Origin: Priapulus caudatus
Taxonomy: Eukaryota
NCBI RefSeq assembly: GCF_000485595.1
Contig: NW_014577080.1
Span: forward strand, 405,423-469,422
Length of the DNA: 64,000 bases
Direction of reading: 5' to 3'
The notes beneath the pieces were generated by a model. The model searched no databases. It saw nothing but the letters and a program-made list of their open reading frames with translations, and was not told the DNA's origin. Positions 44,328-58,235 of the stretch are shown here, piece after piece. The translations under genes were made by a program, and so were the position numbers. Positions within the stretch are counted from its first letter, which is position 1. Every line of letters starts with the position of its first letter.

Positions 44328-45279
44328 CTGTTTATTCACATAAATTCCATAGCGGCACATGCATAATTTACAACAGTTGTTGCAACTGTAGTTGGGCCCC
44401 TTGAAATGCTACGCGATGCAAGCGTTTACTCGAGCGCTTCCTATATACTAGCGGATAGCGTTCCCCATTCACAAAGCGTAAACGAGTGGGTGGTGTGCGC
44501 TATATGACTAATATGACGAAGCAGCTTTCATCGGACGAGCAGAGTCGTATAGCTCTGCCTGCCTTTTGTCGTGTGTCGTAACGTGTGCTGTATTGCGAGC
44601 GAGATTAATTAAGGTCAATATTGGGACGGGTTGAACCATACGCGTGGCCCAAATCAGTTAATTAAACAAACGAAGACAATAATGCGGGTCCCCGCGGCGT
44701 GCCCATTGTCCTGACCCGGTGTTCCGCTGGTAGGCATCACGTCCCTACTACACGCTACTCGGTACACATCGAATGACTCCGTTATAACCCCTTCTTGTGG
44801 TAAGTGCAGCGGCGAGGGAGGAGTGTGACAACACACTGTGCTGGGAGCAGCTGCGCAGTATTAGAGGGCAAGCGGGGCCGGGATTTGCCCGTTATAGTTC
44901 ACTGATTGAGTCACGGATTAATATACAATCTATTATGTAGTCGCTTGGTGGCCGAGCCTATTCCGATGATGAACAGACGCGCCTCATTCGTTTTCGTTTG
45001 GCGACGTCGCAGACGGTGCTGCGAGAGAGAATGACTAGCGTGAGTGCTGCGAAGACGGTTGAAAGGATGTTTAACATATAGAAATATAGAGACACTAGAA
45101 CGCTGATCGACTAATAAAATTGACGCCAGCTAGCGTCTTTAACGAGTTAGGGCGAAATGGCGCGGGAGACTTGGTTTTTCATTGACTAGACACAGCGATC
45201 ATCCTTTCTTCATGGGTTCTCTTCTTCTTCTCTCTTCTTCTCTCTCCGCTCATCTTCTCTTCATCTTACCCGAGTGGAA

Positions 45280-45700
45280 ACACAGGCGCACGCACGCACG
45301 CACACACGCACGCACGCAGGCGCACACACAAACAAGCGCACACATGCGTACGAGGTAAGACTATTTTTCGCCATAGTGTGGAGAGAGACAAAATGGGTGG
45401 AAATGAGAGGGAAAGGAACAGTGCACACACACACACACGCACGCGCGCGCACGCACGCACACACGCACGCACGCGCACACACACACGCACACACGCGCAC
45501 ACATACGCGCACACGCGCGCACACACGCGCACACACATATGCCCGCACACATGCGCGCACACACTCGCGCACCCACACGAGCGCACACACACGCATACAC
45601 CCACGCGCGCGCACACACACACACGCACACCCACGCATGCACACACGCGTACGCACGCGCACACACACACGCCTGCACACACGCGCGCACACACGCGTAC
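45280..45700. repeat. Degenerate (CA)n/(CACG)n microsatellite
   Basis: Direct inspection. Confidence 0.9.
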
Positions 45701-46537
45701 ATGGCTGGAATTGCCTTGTTTGCCTGTTTTTAAAGTAAGGTTTATAAACAAATACTGTATTGTATCAGTCTTGTCGCATCAAATATTATTGATATCGCTA
45801 ACAGCATTTAAACTAAATGTAATCTAAACAACTAGCCCAAAAATGCCTCATGAACGAAATTATCCGACGTTACCACGTGTGCTTAGCTGAAGCTGCTAAC
45901 CTCCACGCTCGCAATGGTGTCTACTAGACATGCCGGGGCCACGTCGAATTGCGTGCACATACAGTTGCATGATGTTACTTGTGTATTTCCCCAGACCTGT
46001 CTATAAGTGTGCAGACATACACGACAGAACGCCAAAAACGTTACACCGCACCTTCACTTTTTATAGCTTTTTGGCTCCGCCATAAAATTTTACCATGCAC
46101 GGTGATATTAACGAATTTTGGGCGCGCCCTGCCTTCGGCGACAGTGCGCAAGAACTGAGGAACGAAAACACGAAATTTCGAGCGCGTAATGCGACGAACC
46201 TACGAAAATTCCGACGACGCGTCCCACGCATTAAAAAAACAGCGATCGTTAAAAAAATAAATTTTCGATCTCGCTGTATATATTTAATCTTTTAATTCGT
46301 TACATAAGATCCATAAGATTAACAATATCTTATACAGAGTGCTGCTTCGTGGACTGTCGCGCTCGCGTGGTCACGTCGTTATAACGCCGGCATAGTTAAA
46401 GGTTGTCCAATATTATGAATGTCGTCCCGTCTATTCATAGACGCTGAGTCGTCTTCCCCGCACGAACGCGCGCGTGCGCACAATTACACTAACGTATATA
46501 TGTCGTAGTTATCTGTGATCCACGTATACCTATCACA

Positions 46538-46545
46538 TGTGTGTG

Positions 46546-46624
<79 letters not shown>

Positions 46625-46743
46625 GTGTGTGGCGGTGTGCGTGTGTGTGGCATGTGTGTGTGACTATGCGTTTTGTGTGTGTGTGTGTGCTGTGTGTGTG
46701 GTGTGTGCTGTGTGCGTGTGATGTGTGGCGCGCGCGCATGCCG

Positions 46744-46805
<62 letters not shown>

Positions 46806-46835
46806 ATGTGTGTGTGTGTTTGTATATATGTGTGT
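46538..46835. repeat. (GT)n microsatellite
   Basis: Direct inspection. Confidence 0.93.
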
Positions 46836-48441
46836 ATTCATTATACGCCACATATTTTTACACATTTATACAAATATATGTATACCCAACTATATATTGC
46901 TCTCCAACATGTGCGCACCTCCACAATCGATATCACATCAACGCACTATACGAAGAAACTCCCTGTAACACTTTACCGTGACACATTACAATCAACATTA
47001 AACAATAAAAAGGTTGTCACTAGCAAACAGACCGGGCATTTATAGCCATGCACGGGCAGTAGTTTTAGATAAATGACATGCACGAACGTAATGTCGGTGT
47101 ATGTAAAAGACGGAGGGTTGGCCGCACTTGCGTGAGTGTGTGTGCGGCAACCGTGTGATAGCGCCACCAATATAGGACATCAATATTCGTGTAGGGTTAT
47201 TGCCGGAAGGTGGCTAATAACGGCGGCTATTACACGCTAGCGATCACTTCTGAAGCCCGGTTCGGTAAACGTTGGCTAATAATATATTTATGATTAAGTT
47301 GTTGACCACGTCAATCGGCGCGGTTCTGCGCAGAGGAACACCCGCGCGTCCATTGTACAGATTACAAGACCTTCTAGGATCGATAGGGCATGCGCAGAGT
47401 CACCTCGCCCGAGTTTCGTTTCTTTCCCGTATACAAAGGCTCAATTAGTAGAGTCTTTCATGCGAGCGTGCGGACAATGCGCTGCTCAATCAGTGCTAAT
47501 TAATTTACTGCGATTTTCTTTTGTGACTTCGCCGGTGCCACCGCCAGTGAGTGAGACGCCGCGCGCGCTTTCAGATAGAAATCGGAAACGTTTCGAAGTC
47601 GTCTGCATTCGACGTGATACATATTGACAAGCTGTCAACACCCGAGTGCGCGCAGGTTCGTGCGGTTCAGCGTGCAGTTGGCTTGCCGATGTGCTCGTGA
47701 CAGCAACGTCAGCGGCAGCATGCGTGGAACTGTGCCATCGCAGCACGCACTCACTCTTCCTATGGCTGGGATACGACAGCGCGCGCACAGTCCGGGAATA
47801 TGCGAGAGAGAAGCTTTACAAAACTGCCGTGCTTGAAAAGCCGAGCACCGAGCAACCTCGTCTGTAGGGTCAGGCGATGTCGCCGGTCTATAGCGAGCGA
47901 GGCGCCATATCACGTGCAGTGGTTAATTTTAAAAGCTGCGTGAAATTGCAGGCTAAACTCAATGAAGCTGACGGCATCAGCTGGCAACGAGGTAGTAAAA
48001 ATATTTGAGACAGAGGAAGAGCGAATTGCGCGCGCGGCGTGTGCATGGTGCTTATTTATATCAATCGGCGTAGTTTGATTTGTGTCGATGCAATCCAGTT
48101 TAATGCCACCATGTTTTCCCCGCTTGTCATGAAATAGCAATTTGTCCAACGAGTCTGTACGACTAACGCCGGAAGAAAATTTTCGATAACCTGTATAAAG
48201 GGGGCTAGTTAGAGTGATGGTTAAACTTATTACGTAAACTGCCTCAGTGTGGGCTCGAGGAGGGTTGAGCGGAAGCAAAAATCACCCGGTTTAAAAAGTT
48301 TAGCCGAATCAACGTTATTGTAATCCACGAGAAACTGTCCACGCACGCATGCGCACGCACACACACACTCACACGCATACGCACACGCACGCACGCACAC
48401 ACGCAAGCACGCACACACGCACACACATGCGCACACGCAAG

Positions 48442-48499
<58 letters not shown>

Positions 48500-49072
48500 G
48501 TCTGGGTTGTTATAGACATCAGCGATTAACATAAACAAAGTCCTCAACTTAGGAATTACTATTGCCCGTCACCTAATATCGCCATGTGAATTCGAGAGTC
48601 AGTCTTTATCACAGTCTTTAGGTACGGTTTCTAACAGTATAGCTCTTATAGTTAGCCTACATGCGCAAATTATACGCCGCTCCGCACTCGCACACCTCCT
48701 TGCACTAGTTTAATATGTGGTGAACATGCATCCGTTTCATTGTGATAGATCAAAGCTAATAGTGTTCAAAAGGTAAACTATCGGTAGGCTGTAGGCTTTT
48801 GTTGCTTAGGGTAATAGAAATCCATAAACGGTTCGCGCATGCGTGTATGATATTTCACCCGAATTTGTCTCACGCTAGCATAATCTATTGTCTTAAACAC
48901 AACATGGAGTAAAATGATTGTGTTAAAAAATTTTAAATGAAATTTAAGCTGGATTTCTGCCGTATACTAACCGACATTATCTTCTTCCGTATACAAATAC
49001 CAAGCTGAATGTGACGACTCACAAAATCCTCCGCTGTGTGGCAGCACAATCGCTGCCAAATTCGATTTAAAG

Positions 49073-49288
49073 GTGTCACTTTCTCCCGGGCGTAGAGGGA
49101 GGGTGCCGCTACGTGGCAGCACTAGTCACTTCGTACACTTCCGTCATTCCACAGGCATACTTCCATGCTAGACATGGCCTTATTTCCCTAACCCTAACCC
49201 TAACCCTAACCCTGACCCTGACCCTAATCCTAACATTAGTGCTGCCACGTAGCGGCACCCTCCCTCTACGCCCGGGGGAAAGTGACAC
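49073..49288. mobile_element. Foldback element with 52-bp arms enclosing about 8 telomeric CCCTAA-type units
   Basis: 49073-49124 versus 49237-49288 are 51/52 complementary; (CCCTAA/CCCTGA)n at 49186-49234; no TSD found. Confidence 0.75.
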
Positions 49289-49329
49289 TGTCGAGTGCTG
49301 ATTGAGTGTGCACTTGTGGCGTGCAAACC

Positions 49330-49495
49330 ACTAATCTCTACTATACTAACTATACTAACTAACTATAAACTATAACTAATAACTATAACTAACTATAACT
49401 AAAAACTAAAAATAAAAATAAAAACTAACTATAACTATAACTAACTATAAACTATAACTAACTACTAACTAACTATACTATACTAATGTTAGTAT
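49330..49495. repeat. Low-complexity ACTA/ACTATA repeat
   Basis: Direct inspection. Confidence 0.85.
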
Positions 49496-50097
49496 AGTAG
49501 AGATCAGTGGTGCAAACATACTGGCACCACCTACTAGATGACTGCAGGATTGGACTGGAATCAACGCGGTATATGAAAGCGAGTAATTGTCGTATTTGAT
49601 CTATTGTTTGTATAATTGATAGCATTTTACGGCAATGTACGATACAAAATGTACAAAATGTAGCTTTTCTCGAATTTAAATTTTTAACGAAATCATCAAA
49701 GAAAATTTCACTTGTAGAGAAAAACTCCGGCATTAATATAATTCACGAACTAAATAGTAATGATGTTTCCCTGCGGAGCAATCAAGAAAGAGTTTCGCTT
49801 CATTTTCACAGATCCGCTCTGCCTCTTGAAAAACCGACACGCGTTGCACGGTTACGCTTCGCCGCCATTTCCCTCGACTCTCGTATAGCCACCACCACAT
49901 CACCGCCAAGCGCCCACACACCCAAACTTTGCAGCGGCCGCGCGCATGCGTATCTTATCGGACTGCTTTCCTCGCGGAATATTGATTCGTATTGTAACAG
50001 CCCTCGTATCTCTGAGTTTCAGCAGCCAACCTAGCCGCACTACGGGCTGGGACTGCGCTCCGCATGCCAGCTGCTAGGATCTTGCTGTGAACAATTC

Positions 50098-50211
50098 TAT
50101 ATAAAGAGAGAGAGATAGAACGAGAGAGGGCGCCGCGAAAGATTGAGAAAGAGCGCGAGAGAGAGCGAAGAAGAGATAGATGTATATGCGTTACCCGATT
50201 TCTCTTCAGTC
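50098..50211 (+). promoter_or_regulatory. Candidate core promoter of the second gene: TATATAAAG (50098), GA-rich run, TCAGTC Inr-like motif (50206)
   Basis: Motif matches about 0.5 kb upstream of a signal-peptide exon; the TATA and Inr spacing is not canonical. Confidence 0.35.
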
Positions 50212-50661
50212 ACGCTGCGACTGAAATCTTGTTCGCTGTCAAAGCCGCTCGCGGCGTTTGCGTATATGATAGCTCGTCTTGGATTATTTCACAACGTGAC
50301 CGTACGACGTCCGTATATCAGAGTGGAAGACTAATCAAGGTGTTGCGGTGCTGCCGTCGTCGTAGAAATCTCTGGATGTGCTTTTGAGAAAGGCGTGCTT
50401 GGCGCTTGGATCCCTCACGTTCGCAAGCGTTACCCTGTTCGTTAGCGCAGTGTCGGTTTCCCTGTGCAGGCTTCACCCAGCTTCCCGTCCGTTCCTGAAC
50501 AAATCTATCGACTGTACGGCTCGGGTACATGTTATATTACGAATGGAAAGCACGTCTGCAGTGATTATCGTGTCGCGAACATCTCCATAACATCGTTAAG
50601 GAATGAGAACGAAACCAACAGCATTGAACAGTGATACCCGCGTTAAATTACTGCTGACACA

Positions 50662-50725
50662 ATGGATACCAGAGTATTTGCGATCCTCGCAGCGATATTA
50701 GTCTTATTTAAAGTTATCGATGCTG
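50662..50725 (+). CDS. Probable first coding exon of a secreted or membrane protein: signal peptide MDTRVFAILAAILVLFKVIDA, phase-1 donor
   Basis: ACAATGG start context, in-frame upstream TAA (50644), n/h/c signal-peptide structure, consensus G/GTAAGT donor; later exons not identified. Confidence 0.62.
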
Positions 50726-53700
50726 GTAAGTAACACGCACACTCTAATTATTCTTCTGTGTTGCGATACACGAAAGCACGCTAGGCCAGTTTACAGATTA
50801 AATAATGTGCATTCTTGATATTGCATGCGTAGTCTACGTAGTATAGTAAATATCGTACGCTAATAGTCGCGGTAATATAATCTTACCATTCACGCGTGCA
50901 GGTATCAGTTTACGGTTGTTTGGGAAATTTCATACTGATCATGTTTGGCATGTTATCTCTCTCAGTCATGAAACTGGTGGAGTGCCAACACAAAACTAGA
51001 GTTGCCCTTTTACTCTCAGCTCCGTCAATATTACAACTGATGGCTTATTCTTCATATCTCCGAGTATCTCTACCTTTGTTTAGCATATCTTTAAACGGTC
51101 ATTTACTTTTGATAATTATTAATCCAGAAACTTAACATATGTATACTGTTAATAAACGTAAAAATTATGGTGGCCTAAAACCTCGCCTAAAGAACCATAG
51201 TGAATAAATCTGAATATTTGCTGCATTGGTAAAAACTATAACGTATTAACCGATGAAACGAAATTGTGATGAGAAAAGCATAAATAATTTTTCGAATCGT
51301 GAAATAATTCTGCCGCCATAGGCGAGCACTGCTGCGCATCATGTATAAATCATCGCTCTGCGTGTGTAGGATCGTACGCATCCGTGAATGCTACGTGCAA
51401 ATGCGTGAATGCACGCACAAAGCAAGTTTCCGCGCACCTGTGCCAGGACAGGTCACTAATAGCACTACTCTCTTTCAAACTGTCGTCTCCGCATTAAATT
51501 CACATGGCGGCTAAATATTCTTTGTGTTTTAAATGCGATATCTGACTCGCGATAGAGATTTTCCAGATGGTGCCGTTTAGAAACGTAACACGAGCCGCTG
51601 AGTACGATATTAGAGTGTATAGCTGATTCCCTGAGGATGATCAAAATTTAATGTACTAAGAATCGTCTTCTCCTAATGTAGCCACTGAGCGACTCTTGTT
51701 TATAAGGTGATGCCACCCTGCTAATCGGTCCTCTAGTGGTTTGCATTACCGCAGACACATATGCGGTTTCTTTCAATGGCGTTTTTTATTGACGTTAAGT
51801 GAGTCGTCACACTTAAAACGAGGTAGAATTCGTCGTCGTCGCTTTACATCGTCGATACTTTTCACGAATTCGGGCCGAGACCTGCTTCGGGAGTTCATCT
51901 TAGTTCATTCACGGTTGTATATTACACGTATTAGTTAAAAGAACTGCGTTTAGGAATATACACGATGATGTTCATGGTATTTCGTATTTCCATCGCTTCT
52001 CGTAACGTTCTTCGGTTTAGTGCCCGGGATCAAATTAGTCAAATACACCGGGCTCTAGATTCACTATTAATGCACAATTATTTAAATTACCTTCGATAAA
52101 TGCGCGCGTTTAGCTCATTTCAAACGGCCAAGCCGAGGTTATTATAAAATCGAACTTTATGGAGACGCGGTTTAGCTGTGGTTATTGTTGAGCATTTTGG
52201 TTATGCGTCGCACAAGTTCTATTGAATTTCGCTATAGTTTTGTGACCAGTTATGATTCACAGATTACTAGACGTATGATGGCAAGACAAGTGATATGGGG
52301 CGCATTCCAAAAAATTCCCCTTAAACTGTGCTGTATGATAATTTTTTCTCAATATATGCGCATGCACGCACATGCGCTCATCTCTCTCCTAATCCCTCCG
52401 ACCCACTACATATAGTCGCTCTCTAAATCTTATATCTCGTCTGCTTGTCAATTGCTGTTTTTATATAGCAGCTCGAAACAGGATCTAGCAGAACTACTTT
52501 GGAAAAACCAGACCTTGGCGACAAGCAGCAAGCGACGCCCGCTCGTAGGTGCATACGTCGTGTCACCTATGCTCAGTACTGCTGATTTCGATACGCGTCG
52601 CGTCACCTGGCCGTTTAGCTTGTCACCGCTATTGCCCCGAATGCTATAAGCGTCGCATCAAGACGCGGTCACCGTTTGTCTCCGCTTATCAATTCTATAC
52701 TGGCATAAGGTGCGACGTGCCAAGCATCGCATCCTGTTGCCACCGTTTACTGAATACAATATTTATCCTACGTAAATCGCACCGATCTGCATTTAAATCT
52801 GGATGCGGCAACAGCAGGCAGCCGCAGCGTCTATATTGTCCATATAATGAAGCTAAATAATCATGTTGTCATAGCAATGAGCTAGTAGTGCTCACTCCGA
52901 TGCCGCAGCACTTATTAACATCATTTTACAGTCGTGTTCGGTTTTGAAACACCTGACGTCCCGTATGGATTGCCGGGGAGATTGATGGCGCATTCGTCTT
53001 TCTTATCCGTTAAGCCGAAGATAAACGGCATACGAACCCGAAATCTGACGAGAAAACGGGACTTACGAGCTAGAAAAAATGAGGGGATCAAAAAATGGCT
53101 AAAGTTAGAAATCGTCGGCGGGTACACGAAAGAACAGGCGGCGAAGAAATCGATTTGCGACTAGCTCGTGTGCTTTATGCCACGTACGCCATCAAAAGAC
53201 GTGCCATCAATGCGCTCCCGCGCTCGCGCGCACTACTCGATCGTGGTGGTCCTTTAATCGCTGAGTGGCATTTGATGAAATTCTCAACAAATCCTTAACT
53301 ACAATATCCACTTGTGTACGTCAAATGAGGGACGCCCGCGCCAGTAGGCGGTGCATCCATGTGCGCATCGCTGTAATTATGATCCCGCCGTTCGTAAAAT
53401 AAGCTCGTAAAAGAAGTTCGTAAAAGAAGCCATACCTGCGGATATCATAACTAAACGTGAGCGCCGCAGCGCTAATGACGGCTCGCCGCCCCTTATCGAC
53501 ATCTCGTCTCTCTCTCTCTCTCTCGCTGTATTAAGTAGCGAGATCGATTCGGGCGAGTGTATCACTCTCCACCTCGGCGGGCGGTCCCCGCGGACCCCTC
53601 TCTCTCTCTCTTCGCTGCTGCTCAGTGATGAACAAGCAAGCAAGCACGCGCGCCTGTGTTCGTGATGCTTAGTAAACACCAGCAGCCCGCGAGCGCGTGA

Positions 53701-54028
53701 CGTGATGTAGCAACTTCGTTCGCTCGCTGAAAGTTCTTGTTGATATTTCCCTAAAAGTTGCCCCCGTTAGGTAATGCATGGGGGTCTTGCATATAACGCG
53801 ATATATTGCAAAATATTGCATTAATACGACGTACAGTATAATTATATTACGCACCGCGTTATTACACACGGTGTAATATACACCGTTTATATTTTAATTA
53901 TACTCATCGTTATAATTATAATTATATTATATTGTATAATACTGTATATCATACACCATCGCATATACGGTATATAATACCGGTATAAGCCTTGTGTATA
54001 GTATGCGTCCCCGTAATATCGTGAGCTA

Positions 54029-54257
54029 GTATATTATACAGTACTTATATACGGTATACTTATAGAGTACTTACGTATATTATACAGTACTTATATACGG
54101 TATACTTATAGAGTACTTACGTATATTATACAGTACTTATATACGGTATACTTATAGAGTACTTACGTATATTATACAGTACTTATATACGGTATACTTA
54201 TAGAGTACTTACGTATATTATACAGTACTTATATACGGTATACTTATTCAGTACTTA
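54029..54257. repeat. 46-bp AT-rich tandem repeat, 5 nearly identical copies
   Basis: GTATATTATACAGTACTTATATACGGTATACTTATAGAGTACTTAC at 54029, 54075, 54121, 54167 and 54213. Confidence 0.96.
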
Positions 54258-54560
54258 CTTGCACGAGCGTGCGCGTGACGTCATCGGCTGCCTGCGCGCG
54301 TGCAGCAGTATGTGACGCGCGTAGCTGTGACGGTGACGCGCGCGCGCATCAGCGGGCAGGCGGAGGCGCTGTTGTGGATGCCGACGTGTCGCCGTAATGC
54401 GCTGATGATGAATAGCTCTCGCGCCGAGGACCGAGGATAGATAGACTCGAACGTCTAATTTTGAGAGCTTCGAATCGTTATTGCTGCGCTCGCCGGGGTG
54501 AAATTAAGAGGAGAGCCGGAGAGCCGCCGGCTAGAAATGCACGCTGGTCATCCGGGGAGC

Positions 54561-54884
54561 CAAGCTAACGTCCAAGGGTGGCGACGGTGTGCAGTTCTAT
54601 CTAAACGCGCACCAAGCTAACGTCCAAGGGTGGCGACGGTGCGCAGTTCTATCTAAACGAGCCCCAAGCTAAAGTCCAAGGGAGGCGAGGGTGCGCAGTT
54701 CTATCTAAATGAGGCCCCAAGCTAACGTCCAAGGGTGGCGACGGTGTGCAGTTCTATCTAAATAAGGTCCCAAGCTAGCGTCCAAGGGGGCGACGGTGCG
54801 CAGTTCTATCTAAACGCGCCCCAAGCTAACGTCCAAAGGTGACGACGGTGCGCGTTCCATCTAAACGCGCCCCAAGCTAGCGTC
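54561..54884. repeat. 51-53-bp tandem repeat, 6 copies plus a partial copy
   Basis: CAAGCTAACGTCCAAGGGTGGCGACGGTG(T/C)GCAGTTCTATCTAAA... at 54561, 54613, 54665, 54718, 54771, 54822 and 54873. Confidence 0.96.
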
Positions 54885-55014
54885 TAGCCGGCGACGTAGT
54901 CGTTAAGATGTTAATTTCGTAATAGTTTAATCTTCCTCATAATAGCCCCAGAAGCGAAAATGAAAATCTTCGCCGCCGCGCTGCGGCTGTACTGACGGGA
55001 TCTGTAACAGACGA

Positions 55015-55235
<221 letters not shown>

Positions 55236-56669
55236 CCACGCGTCAACCGAATCGATTGTAATTACGAAGAAATAATCGCGCCGGAAAAAAATGCCATGGG
55301 TGTAGCCATTCGTGAGCGAGCGAAGCTTGCTTTCTCATGCGAAGCATCGCATAGAGTTTTCGCTTGCTTTTCTGAGACAACAGCGTCGTACGTGTCGTCT
55401 ATATCATAGCGTGTCCGCCTAATATGATTACGTAACTGATAACTTGCACTCGCGCAATGCCGTGGCGATGTTTAATTTACGAGGCAGCGTTATAATAATA
55501 TGGGAAAGAACATTCTTTAACGCAGACTCTCATAACGCCCAGAATCACGAGTTGGGCTTGTACAGTAACAAGACGTCTACACTTAGGCAAGTAATTTCCA
55601 AGTGAGGGAGGATTCGCGTACGTGTACCATATATACCTACCTAACAAGTCGAATGTCTGAACGCACGGTCTCTGTTCGCCCTCCTTTCTGTGATGTGTCA
55701 GAATCGAACATATTCACGGTAACGACTGTCTGGCAGCGAAGTGCGCGCAAGTTCCCTGCCGTAATGCCCGTTCACGTCGTCGCTGTGCACTCGCATTTTA
55801 CTTTGTACACTCCGCTAGCCGCATTTCCGTCAATATGTGGTCCACTGAACGGGTGCCACGTGCGCATACACACGCTGACAGGTGTAACGAAGTAACTTTG
55901 AAAGCGGCGGAGCAACAAATTAAACACACAGCCGCGTCTGCAAACGCGCGCCACCCGTTTCGTCAACGTTTTCCCCGACAGTTCGATCTGTCATCGTGGC
56001 GGGTTTTCCTTCATCGTGCTAAACGGTTTGTTCAAAGGAAAGGTGATTTGTCTCCGTTCTTGGTGCGATGCGATGACAGCCATGCCCGCCTACACTGGTT
56101 AATAATAAACTTCATCCTCATTCATTGCCAGCTCGCCCATCCGCCTGTAATCCGGTGTGCCGAGCGCAGGGCGTCTAATGAAACCTACTCTCAATCGAGG
56201 GGAAATACTCCCATGCCCCCTCCTCGCTCTCTCTCTCTCTCTCTCTCTCTTTTTCTCTCTCTCTCTCTCTCTCTCTCGCTTTCTCCCTTTCTCTTTCTCT
56301 CCCTCGTTCCTGCCGCCTTTCTCTCGCTATATTTCTGCATTTCTCTCGTTTTCGATTTATTTCACACTCTCTTTCTATCGCTCGCCTTTTCTCTGTCTTG
56401 CTTTTTCTTTCTCTCTCATTTAGTCACACACCGGAGCAGTAATTGACGTCTCATATATAAATATATAGATTGGCTTGCGACCCGCAGCACGCTGCTGCAA
56501 TACGCGGTGTGCGCTTACTTACGCGGTGACGGATGTTATGTGGGCCGAGTTCCTGTCATGGGAAAGGTGTTATTTTTAACGAATCTGATAGCATCATCAT
56601 TAGTGGCTATAATTAGCAGAGGAGATTGTCTGATATGGCAAAAAATAAAAGTATCCGCTACATAAGATG

Positions 56670-57075
56670 AATGAGCGTCCATTATGGGGATAGGACGAGC
56701 GTCTGTTATGGGGATGAGAAGGGTGTCTGATCGGAATGGAGACGAATATCTGTTGCGAGAAAGGTGCCAGTGTCAGGTATGCAGAAGTGCCGAATGTCTG
56801 TCATGGGAATGGGTGAGTGTCATGTAGGGTCAGAGAATGAATATCTATCTGTTAAGGGGATGAAGTGTCTGTTAGATAAGACAGATAGATGAGTGGCTAG
56901 TACTATAGGAGGAGGGGTGAATGCCTTCGATGAGAGAGAGGTGTGTCTGTTGCGAGGATGGACTCAGTGACTGTTACAGGGAAGGAGGAAGTGTCTATAT
57001 GAGTAAGAGGTGTGTGTCTATTACGGGGAGAAGAGGTAATTGTCTCACATAGGAGAATGATCAGTTATGGGAGAA
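56670..57075. repeat. Highly degenerate purine-rich minisatellite (GTGTCTGTTATGGGGATGAG-like, about 20 bp)
   Basis: Recurring GTCTGTT/GTGTCT followed by G/A-rich segments. Confidence 0.55.
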
Positions 57076-57103
57076 TGTTTGTTTGTTGTAGAGTTGTTGC
57101 AAA

Positions 57104-57302
57104 TACACGCACACGCACGACGCACATCACACAAACACCGCACACGCACGCACGCCACACACACACACACACACACACCACACACCACGCACGCACGCAC
57201 ACACACACACACACACGGCCACGCACGCACACATCACGCCACGCACTCACCCACGCACGGCACGCACGCACGCACGCGCGCACACACGCACACAACACAA
57301 CA

Positions 57303-57360
<58 letters not shown>
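57104..57360. repeat. (CA)n/(CACG)n microsatellite
   Basis: Direct inspection. Confidence 0.93.
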
Positions 57361-57361
<1 letters not shown>

Positions 57362-58054
57362 TATGCTACGCATTATCCTTTGCTGTCTGCAGTCTAGCTG
57401 TATAGGTGAGCGTGAACGTGATGATAGTGATGCAGATGACTTCGCTAACCTTGTCATTCGATATTCAAAGCCGTCTTCGTGAGACACAACTCAGTTGCAG
57501 CGCGCACACATTACGATCGGGTGAAGATGATTAATGTTATAGTGCAGACGCTATAGCGCATTAGATGCAACGTATACATTACCGTGCAAGTTGGCAGAAT
57601 ACTCGGACAGCTCTGCGATGTATCCGTGTCTGTATATTCTCATGCAAGAGCTTATGGCGGGGGATCAGCTGTATGAATGATGATTTTGCTGAAAGCCGGC
57701 CATTATGCGATAATACTGCAGCTTCGGACGACTTACTGCTGCTTGCTGCTGCTTGATCAATATAGAGTGTACAATTACAGCACGTTTATTAACTTTGCCA
57801 AAAGTCAGATAACAGACGGAGAAAATATAAGGGATGCGGCCATAAGCTCCCGCTTGGTCCCTACAGTCCGCGTGCTGATGAAAGCATGCTTATAATGTGC
57901 TCGGTCTGGAGGCCCCAAAAAACGACGAGTTGTGGGGCGAATCACTGTCAAGCGGCAAAAGAAACGTGCTTTGCATTGTCGGCTAGTTGTGCTAGACTCA
58001 TTTGTAATGCGTGTTGTACATCTCGCTATGACATCAGCAGCATTAGTAGATTCT

Positions 58055-58135
58055 TCATCAACATCATAATCATCATTATCATTATCATTATAATCATTAT
58101 TCTTATTATCATCATCATCATCATCATCATCATCG

Positions 58136-58173
<38 letters not shown>

Positions 58174-58235
58174 GTCATCATCATCATCATTGTAATCATC
58201 ATCATTTATATCGTCATCGTCGTCGTCATCATAAT
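58055..58235. repeat. (ATC)n trinucleotide microsatellite
   Basis: Direct inspection. Confidence 0.95.

Noticed and set aside
52932..53164. Phase-compatible candidate exon 2 of the signal-peptide gene (ttttacag acceptor)
   Set aside because: The translation has no extracellular-domain features and no convincing donor was found.
54561..54884. 52-bp repeat array as a CRISPR array
   Set aside because: Units are head-to-tail with no unique spacers, the context is eukaryotic, and no cas genes are present.
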